NCBI RefSeq assembly: GCF_006345805.1
Contig: NC_043007.1
Coordinates: forward strand, 24,738,001 to 24,802,000
Reading direction: 5' to 3'
DNA: 64,000 bases
DNA from: Octopus sinensis
Taxonomy: Eukaryota
Below, piece after piece: positions 53,968 through 64,000 of this stretch; position 1 is the stretch's first letter; the number at the start of each line of letters is the position of its first letter. The notes beneath the pieces were generated by a model. The model was not told where the DNA came from. It saw only the letters and a list, made by a program, of their open reading frames with translations, and ran no database searches. Position numbers and translations under genes: made by a program.

Positions 53968-54356
53968 TGTGGGGGCGCAATGGCCCAGTGGTTAGGGCAG
54001 CGGACTCGGTCATAGGATCGCGGTTTCGATTCCCAGACCGGGCGTTGTGAGTGTTTATTGAGCGAAAACACCTTAAGCTCCACGAGGCTCCGGCAGGGGA
54101 TGGTGGTGATCCCTGCTGTACTCTTTCACCACAACCTTCTCTCACTCTTACTTCCTGTTTCTGTTGTACCTGTATTTCAAAGGGCCGGCCTTGTCACTCT
54201 CTGTGTCACGCTGAATATCCCCGAGAACTACGTTAAGGGTACACGTGTCTGTGGAGTACTCAGCCACTTACACGTTAATTTCACGAGCAGGCTGTTCCGT
54301 TGATTCGGATCAACCGGAACCCTCGTCATCGTAACCGACGGAGTGCTTCCCAGTCC
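53968..54356 (+). mobile_element. tRNA-derived SINE, family A, with 12-bp TSD
   Basis: Head ggcgcaatggcccagtggttagggcagcggact; TSD atactgctgact at 53956-53967 and 54357-54368; homolog at 46271-46648. Confidence 0.85.
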
Positions 54357-54589
54357 ATACTGCTGACTACTCTTCAGGCCAAGAATACCTTGATTAGATT
54401 AATGGTTACATCGTTGCAAGGAGATACATGCTGACACAAAGAAGATTTAATCAGAATGTGTGATATATGTATATACTATATCATCAGGGGAAATGGAGTT
54501 TGCTTGTTAATATAGGAACATCTTGGATCTTAGGTCAGCAAGATAACAACTGTCTTGTAGTTAAACAACATCATAATTTGAACCATAGT

Positions 54590-55075
54590 TATTGTGATTG
54601 TCATCATCATCATCATCAACATCCTTACCATCATCATGATCATCAACATCCTTACCCTCGTCCATTGTCATCATCATTATCATCATCATTATCATCATCA
54701 TATCCTTACCATCTTTGTCGTCATCATCAACATCCTTACCATCATCGTCATTGTTACCTTTATCATCAACATCCTAACCCTCGTCCATTGTCATCATCAT
54801 TGTCATTGTTGTCATCATCAACATCCTTACCATCTTCATCGTTGTCGTCATCATCAACATCCTTACCATCTTCGTCATCGTCATCATCATCATCAACATC
54901 CTTACCATCTTAGTCATCGTCATCATCATCATCAACATCCTTACCATCTTCGTCATCGTCATCATCATCATCAACATCCTTACCATCATCGTCATCATCA
55001 TTATCGTCATCATGATTACCATCATCATCATCATCATCATCAACATCCTTACCATCATCATTGTCATCACCAAAC
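54590..55075. repeat. (CAT)n-based higher-order repeat with recurring catcaacatccttac
   Basis: About a dozen copies of the motif separated by variable CAT/CGT runs. Confidence 0.85.
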
Positions 55076-56599
55076 TAGCACCACAGTACTTGACATCTTT
55101 GTGTTCCTCCTTACCAAAGTAGGTTGGACAGTTCTACTGGTGGAAATAAGAAAAAAATATTTCTATTCCACATCTCCTCATCTGTGGCGACCTGAGATCT
55201 AATCTCACCAATCCCACATCCTCCCCACGCCAACCCCAGTTTTCCTCACTTCCCTCCCATGTCAATGCATTCTCACCCCGCACTTTTCATCCACTGTCTG
55301 TTCACCTGCTTGCTCGTGCGTCACCTTTCTAGCAAGATACTACAGCACATCTAACAGATCATAATCAAATTAATTATTTTAGTTCCATGAACTTAAATTT
55401 AAAAAAATAAAACTTTTAATTGGATTTCGAATAAATTGGGAAATTAATTGTTCTTATTCTTTCATTTTCGTCTTTTTTATAAAATATTTGTATTGATTAT
55501 CTTGAGTTGGTCAGCATATATTGAACTGTTTAAATTGGTTCAATATACAATCTTCCTTGTATCTTCACATTCGGAAAGGCACCATACTCAAAGAATTCCA
55601 CAAAGATTAACATCATAGTCATGGAAGGAAGAAATGATACCTGTTACCTTCATTGTTTCAGTCTTTGTGCCATGGCCATGCTGGGGCATTGCCTTGAAGG
55701 ACTTTAGCCGAGTGAATCAACCCTAGTACTTAATTTTAAGCCAAGTACTTACTCTATCGGCCTCTTTTTACTGAACTGCTAAGTTACTGGGATGTAAACA
55801 AACCAATACCAGTTGTCAAATTGAGGTCAGGGACAAACACAAGTACAAACAAATATACATATGTACATATAAACATACATATGTATATATATATATATAT
55901 ACCCACTACACTCATGGAGTGGTTGGCGTTAAGAAGAGCATCCAGCCGTAGAAACACTGCCAAATCTGACTGGGCCTGATGAAGCCTTCCGGCTTCACAG
56001 ACCCCAGTTAAACCGTCCAACCCATGCTAGCATGGAAAACGGACGCTAAATGATGATGATGATGATGATGATATATATATATATATATATATACATCTAT
56101 AAAGCCTTGTGAGTGGATTTGGTAGACGGAAACTGAAAGAAGCCCGTCATATATAAATATGTGTGTGTGTGTGTGTGTGTATTTGTCCCCCCAACATTGC
56201 TGGACAGCTGATGCTGGTGTGCTTATGTCCCGTAACTTAGCAGTTTGGCAGAAGAGACTGATAGAATAAGTACTAGGCTTACAAAGAATAAGTCCTGGGG
56301 TCGATTTGCTTGACTAAAGGTGGTGCTCCAGCATGGCCGCAGTCAAATGACTGAAACAAGTAAAAGAAAGTAAAAAGAGAGTAATACGTGTGTGTGCATA
56401 TGCATGCACATAAGATGATCTTCAGTTTCTGCCTACCATATCCACTCACTTTGGTCGGCCTAGGGCTCCAGTGGAAGACGTTTACCCAAGGTACTACAAA
56501 GTGAGATTGAACTGAGAAGCAAGATTCTCAGCACACAGCTATGCCTGACAATTAGCAGACATTGCCATCAAGAATGTAGCACAACCAAATCCAAAGTCA

Positions 56600-56790
56600 C
56601 TTCTTGGATTCCTCAATGAAACTGATTCTTTGAAATGCTTTGAAGTTTTCCAAGAAGTAGCTGATGGCTTTTGTTTCCAATGTAACTAAATTTGCTGTAG
56701 AGAAAAGTATTTCAAAAGTATAGTCGTCAGCATAAGAAATGAAGTGGAGGTGGGGGGAGCTTCTGCCATTATGACTTCTCTTAGCTGTAA
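56600..56790 (-). mobile_element. Non-LTR reverse transcriptase fragment
   Basis: HLHFISYADDYTF contains the YADD catalytic motif; flanks are degenerate. Confidence 0.6.
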
Positions 56791-57432
56791 AAGCTTCATT
56801 TCTCAAAGTGAAGGCTATATTGTATAATGCTTGATGCATAGTTGGAAAGAAATGAAATGAACAACCTATGATGAATGTGTGAGATATGCAATGTTAGCAT
56901 TTATGTTGGTATATAAATGTTCTGATTCTTGTGCACGAAATGCAATCGTTGGATAGTAAGAAGACATGAGCCTTGAATACAGATGGTATGCAAAACTAGG
57001 AAGAAATGAGGTGAACATATTATGAAGGTTGTGCAAGAGGTGCAACATTAGCATGCATATAAGTGCACCGAGAGAAAAACTGGATCAGGGGTATCAGATG
57101 TATAGTGTGCAAAAGCCATTAGTTGGAACAGATCATCATCATCGTCGTTTAACGTCCGTTCTCCATGCTAGCATGGGTTGGACGGTTCGACCGGGGTTCT
57201 GGGAAGCCAGAAGGCTGCACCAGGCTCCAGTCTAATTTGGCAATGTTTCTACAGCTGGATGCCCTTCCTAACGCCAACCACTCCGTGAGTGTAGTGGGTG
57301 CTTTTTACGTGCCACCTGCACAGGTGCCAGGCGGGGCTGGCAATGGCCACGGTCAGATTGGTGTATTTTATGTGCCACCGGCACGGAAGCCAGTCGAGGC
57401 GGTGCTGGCATCGGCCAATGCAAAAACATACA

Positions 57433-57807
57433 TCTCTCTATATATAAAGCTGAAGTTGTCTGTGTATGGCAGGTTTGGTAGCCTTCAACTAACACTATCT
57501 CCTCCGAGACCCTGCGGCGCAAGTTGACCAAAATTGAGAGTATGATAGAAGAAGGCTTGCTCTTCCTTCCATAGAAGAAAAAATTCAAATCGGACCATGT
57601 TAACACCAAAAATTATTTACATCATAAAGGTGCTTTTTTTCTATGAAAATCCCTATTTTTTACAAACTTTTGACTGCTGTGTTGCCATTTTTTGGTGTAT
57701 TTCAACCAGAAAAATAACAAGCTACATAATGCAAAATTTTTACTTATCAAAAATTCCAATTCTAAAGGGTCGAAGCACACCTGAGCAACGCCAGGCGATA
57801 CTGCTCG
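57433..57807 (+). mobile_element. Non-autonomous Helitron copy 1
   Basis: Starts TC (tctctctatatataaag), ends with GC-rich cctgagcaacgccagg then CTCG (from CTAG), inserted between A and T with no TSD; close homolog at 61102-61477. Confidence 0.75.
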
Positions 57808-59561
57808 TAAAATGATAAAGGTGGAGGTCATCTGGGTCTCTGTCGCCTATTTGCTCTTAATTCTTCCTCTAATCCCCAGCTCATCACTTCAGTAATGATG
57901 GATGGCAACAATTAGACTTGTGATCAATCAGCCTTCGCATTCATCATTCTTCTCTACTGCTAACCATCATTCTTGTTATCTTCATTTTTCATTCATTCAT
58001 GCATACATACTTACTAACATACATGCATACATCACCACCACCAACAACAACACCAATCATCTAATGTCCACTTCCCATGCTGGCTTGGATTGACCAGTTT
58101 GACAGAGAACCAGTGAGCTGCGTTGAACTCTGGTGTCATCTTTTGCATGGTTTTTACTGGGTGCCATTCCTAACACCAAAGAAATTTTTAAAATAGCACT
58201 TGGTACACTTTATAGAGTGTACTGAGCGCTTGCTTCTTGCCACCTACACCAGTGAGGTTGCCATGTGAATTGCAAGACAGAAAAGAATACAGGAATATGT
58301 GTGGGTGTGTGTGTGTGTATGTGTGTGCACACGCACACAGACAGGCACTCAGATGTACACACATACACTCATACACAAACATACACAGGTACACTCACAC
58401 ATGCACACACACACAGACGTACACAGATCTCCTCACACATACATACATTCATAGACATTCACTCACACAGACATACACACATACATTCACACACAGACGT
58501 ACACTCATACCCTTACACACTCCCCTACACACAGACATACACATATCCACTCACACACATACTCACACAAATACTCCCACATTCCCATAGATGTACACAC
58601 CCATTCACACAACCATACACACATCCACTCCCACATAGACATACACACATCCATCTCCACACACACACACAACCATACACACAGACATATGCACAAACAC
58701 TCCCACACATGAACGTATGCACACCCACTCACACACACAGACATACACATATCCCCTCATACACACACACACAACTGTACACATTACCACTAACACAAAG
58801 ATGTACACACATATATTTACACATACTCCCACGTGCGCACACACACACACACACACACCTAATGGCTCAATGAGCTCCTTTCAATATCTATCTACTAAAT
58901 GCACCCAGAAGGCCTGGTTCTATGCAAAGAGGAACTTGCCCAAGGTGTCACCAGTAAGGCTAAGCCAGACACTATGTAGCTGCAAAGCAACATTTTTAGC
59001 CACCCAGCTGTGCCTCTTCCTACATATATGTGTATGTATGTGCATGTGTGTGTATGTTGTGTGTGTGTGTGTGTGTGTGTGCTCACAACACAAATATGTA
59101 TACACAGTTTTCACTTCAAAATCATATATATGCTTATAGCCATTCATTTATACATCTGTACTTCATTCCATCATCGCACACATACCTATAGATACATACA
59201 TTTATATACATAGTTGGTCACACATACACACACATTCACAACACTCACATACATATACACATGTCTGTGTATGTGCCTACATCTATCTATCTGTCTAACT
59301 ATCTATCTATCTATCTATTAATCTATCTATCTCTATATCTACATATAAATAGGTAGATAGATAGACACACACACACACACACACACACACCACTTGGGCA
59401 TATATATATATATATTTATATATATATATATATATGGGGAGCGAGAGAGAGAGAGAGAGAGAGAGAGGGAGACAGCCAAATGGATAGATAGATAGATAGA
59501 CAGAAACAGATAATCTTTATATATATATATATATATATCTGTATTTATGTATATATATGTG

Positions 59562-59598
<37 letters not shown>

Positions 59599-59655
59599 CA
59601 TCCAAATGGATAGATAGATATATATATAGACAGGCACAGATAATCTTTATATATT

Positions 59656-59688
<33 letters not shown>

Positions 59689-60301
59689 ATATATATGTGT
59701 GTGTGTGTATGTATGTATGTATGTATGTATGTATGTATATATAAAGAGAAAGAGAGACTTCAGTTTGCATCATACCATCATACATTATCACAGAAGACAC
59801 AGATATATACGCCAAGTGACAACAGTGGTGGCGGTGGTGGTGGTGGCGGTGGTGGGGAAGCAGCCAGTGGAGATTTTTTTTTTTTTTTTTACACAACATT
59901 TTTGCACAATGTCTAAATGGTAAACAGAACTGTCACATGACAGTGTCTTGTTGGGAAATGTGTGTCTTTTATAGTCTAGTTCATGACATTTTCATACCTT
60001 CAATTTCTTTCCTCCTACATCTTCTCACTCCCCTCCTCCCACCTCCTGTTAAGTCTTCTGTTTCCACCTGTTCTCCTTCCATTCCTCAATTTTCCCCCTC
60101 CCCTCGTCTCCCCTTCCTTCTTCTCCTCCTCCCTCAATGCTGGTGCTTCTGCCATGTCTTTCTGTCCTTGTCTGTCTATCTGACTTCTTGTGGCCTATGT
60201 CTTCTTCCACATCTCTCTCTCTTTCTGCCTCTTCTCCTTCCTCCCACTGACATTGTCTCACACTATCTCTCTCTCTTTCTCATACATGCATATATTATAT
60301 A

Positions 60302-60343
<42 letters not shown>

Positions 60344-60373
60344 TATATATATATACATATATGTATATATATA

Positions 60374-60407
<34 letters not shown>

Positions 60408-60490
60408 ATATATATATATATACATATATATATACATATAAATATATATATACATACATATAAATATATATATACATATAATATATATAT

Positions 60491-60527
<37 letters not shown>

Positions 60528-60563
60528 CATATATATATACACACACACACCACACACACACAC

Positions 60564-60601
<38 letters not shown>

Positions 60602-60815
60602 TATAGATATATCACAGGTTTTGTTCAACTCTCCTCTCCCCTTGTATGCTTAGCTCACTGTCTCACTCTCTCTTCAACTTGTTTCTCAATATCTATCTCT
60701 ATGTCTTTTACTGGTTGTCTCCTACTTGTGGTATCTATCTATGTGTGTGTGTGTGTATTTGTCTGCCTCTCTCTCTCTCTCTCTCTCTTGCCCCCTCTTT
60801 CCTTCCCTCTCTCCA

Positions 60816-60849
<34 letters not shown>

Positions 60850-61101
60850 AGTATTCAGGATGACAGCAGATTGGCAGAATGAGTAGCACACCAGTGTATT
60901 ATATTTTATCACATGCCTTTACATCATGAGTTCAATCTCACCTAGGTTCACATTTCCTTCCAGTGTCAATAAAAACGACTGGTACACCATCGGTTATGAT
61001 GACGAGGGTCCCAGTTGATCCGATCAACAGAACAGCCTGCTCCTGAAATTAACTTTGCCATGGTTAACAACAAACATACAACCCACACAGATGCATGTAA
61101 A

Positions 61102-61477
61102 TCTCTCTCTATATAAAGCTGAAGTTGTCTGTGTGCGGCAGGTTTGGTAGCCTTCAACTAACACTATCTCCTCTGAGACCCTGCGGCACAAGTTGACCAA
61201 AATAGAGAGTATGATAGAAGAAGGCTTGCCCTTCATTCTGTAGCAGATAAAATTCAAATCGGACCATGTTAAGATCAAAAAGGTGCTTTTTTTCTATGAA
61301 AATCTCGATTTTTTACGATTTTTTGACTGCTGTGGCACCATTTTTCGGTGTATTTCAACCAGAAAAATGTTCACTTAAAGAGAATAACAAGCTACATAAT
61401 GCAAAATTTTTACTTTTCAAAAATTCCAATTCTAAAGGGTCGAAACAAACCCGAGCAATGCCAGGCGATACTGCTAG
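61102..61477 (+). mobile_element. Non-autonomous Helitron copy 2
   Basis: Starts TC, ends cccgagcaatgccaggcgatactgCTAG|t, A/T target, no TSD. Confidence 0.8.
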
Positions 61478-62467
61478 TATATCAATAAATCTTTCATAAG
61501 CCTTCTATTCAGTTGTCATCATCATCATCATCATCGTTTAACGTCCGCCTTCCATGCTAGCATGGGTTGGACGATTTGACTGAGGACTAGTGAACCAGAT
61601 GGCTGCACCAGGCTCCAATCTGATCTGGCAGAGTTTCTACAGCTGGATGCCCTTCCTAACGCCAACCACTTTGAGAGTGTAGTGGGTGTGCCTCTCTCAT
61701 TTCCAACTGGCACATTATATGTATTATTTTAGCTGTTTGATATGAGTTGATATGAGATGGTCACACTACACATCCCCTTGACCATCAATATGGTCTTAAT
61801 ACGGCCATGCCCATCCAATCAGAAGACAGTTAACATATAGCTCTCACATAGGTGCAGGTATGGCTGTATAGTTGAGCTCACTCTGCAACCATATAGTCTC
61901 AGGTTCAGTCCCACTATGGAGGGACTGACCAACACGCATACAAACCCACATGCACACAAACACACACACAGATGTACAACACATCGATATACACACACAT
62001 GCTCGAAACATATGCATTTACACACATTTTAAGACGAGGTTAATAGTTTGGAAAAATTATATAATTTGAATGAAAAATGTCATAATTCTTGCATTTTCAG
62101 TAATCTAGAAAGAACATTCCAATTCTAATGAAATCCGTTGGATAATATATATTCAATGAAAATTGTGATGGGGAAACAGCTAAGTAATGGGAGATGGGGA
62201 AAGGGATATAAGAAGATGAGGAGGATGGTGAGGGTATGTTCGTGGTTTTCTTCTGTTACTACTGAGATAACATACAGAAAGAGCAGGGTGCGGAGAGTCC
62301 TTTGAAAGTGTATCAATAGGATGTTTTGTTTAGGATATCTCATGGATTTTCGCCACGATTATATGCTTGTACATACACATACATATATCTCCACCCCACC
62401 CCCTACTCACATACATACATGTACACATGCATGCATATGCATTTATTATAGGTATTAAGAGTTAGAG

Positions 62468-63079
<612 letters not shown>

Positions 63080-63374
63080 GGGGGTCATCATAAATCCTTC
63101 GAGACAAGGAGAAGTTGAGTTTTTATAGATAACAGTAGGCTCAAATTGGATTATGAACAGACTGTCTCATGTGATCTATTTGGAGGCTGCAATTGGTTAG
63201 GTTGCATATTGGTATGATAGTATAAGAAACAAATTGTGCCAATACCAACCAATCAGAGTGGTGGACACAACAGGGTCCAAATCACATCCAAAGGTTAACT
63301 GTTATCTGCTATGTTCGGATATATGTATATATAATAAAGGAGAGAGGTATACACTACACTTGTATATGTATTGT

Positions 63375-63701
63375 GTGAGGGCGCGTGGCTTAGTGGTTAG
63401 GGCATTCGGCTCATGATCGTAAGGTTGTGAGTTCGATTCCCGGCGACGCGTTGTGTCCTTGAGCAAGACACTTTATTTCACGTTGCTCCAGTCCACTCAG
63501 CTGGCAAAAATGAGTTGTACTTGTATTTCAAAGGGTCAGCCTTGTCACTCTCTGTGTCACGCTGATTATCCCCGAGAACTACGTTAAGGGTACACGTGTC
63601 TGTGGAATGCTCAGCCATTTGCACGTTAATTTCACGAGCAAGCTGTTCCATTGATCGTATCAGCTGGGACCCTCGTCGTCGTAACCGGCGGAGTCTTTAA
63701 G
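63375..63701 (+). mobile_element. tRNA-derived SINE, family A-prime, with 11-bp TSD
   Basis: TSD atatgtattgt at 63364-63374 and 63702-63712; B box gagttcgattccc. Confidence 0.85.
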
Positions 63702-63831
63702 ATATGTATTGTTGAAGCTAATGGATGTGTCATGAAAATATCATATCATTAAATTAACATTTCATTTTTCATTTTTCTATAATAACGATAGTACATTAAA
63801 TGTATATTATGTGTCTTGAAGAGGGTATATA

Positions 63832-64000
63832 GGCAGAATTATTAGAGCAAGGTTACTGTATTGGCAGAATTGCTAAAGCAAGGGTGGTATATTCACAGAA
63901 TTGCTAAAACAAGGGTGGTGTATTGACAAAGTTGTTAGAGTAAGGGTAGTGCATTGACAGAATTGTTTAAGCAAGGGTGGTGTATTGGCAGAATTGTTTG
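63832..64000. repeat. 31-bp minisatellite running off the window end
   Basis: Unit ggcagaattgctaaagcaagggtggtgtatt starting at 63832, 63863, 63894, 63925, 63956, 63987. Confidence 0.9.

Noticed and set aside
54594-55202. 202-aa His-rich or Ile-rich ORFs, superficially like cephalopod histidine-rich structural proteins
   Set aside because: They arise from (CAT)n repeats that are open in several frames, lack the Gly-rich motifs, and have no splice or promoter support.

Overview
AT-rich, microsatellite-saturated eukaryotic DNA. The SINE/LINE families and repeat texture look like an Octopus (coleoid cephalopod) genome; this is inferred from pattern recognition, not a search. The only host gene I can support is an axonemal inner-arm dynein heavy chain, best matching DNAH12, on the minus strand. 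Four exons (26226-26068, 19970-19826, 3906-3682, 879-700; 709 coding nt) have GT-AG sites and consistent phases, and encode the approach to and core of the AAA6 module. The rest is intronic: tRNA-derived SINEs (several with TSDs), RTE/CR1 LINE fragments, decayed DNA transposons (mariner, Tc1, pogo/Tigger, hAT, Merlin-like), two copies of a non-autonomous Helitron, and microsatellites. Almost all ORFs in the track are repeat artefacts. The most interesting signal is about ten type I minimal hammerhead-ribozyme motifs with palindromic stem III. Two have fully intact cores (27920-27985 and 47601-47650, + strand). Several motifs sit at the turning point of long fold-back elements lodged in (TA)n tracts, and a Penelope-like endonuclease C-terminal remnant lies in the same window. 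This suggests a diverse population of ribozyme-bearing, Penelope-derived non-autonomous retroelements. Ribozyme activity and novelty are untested.
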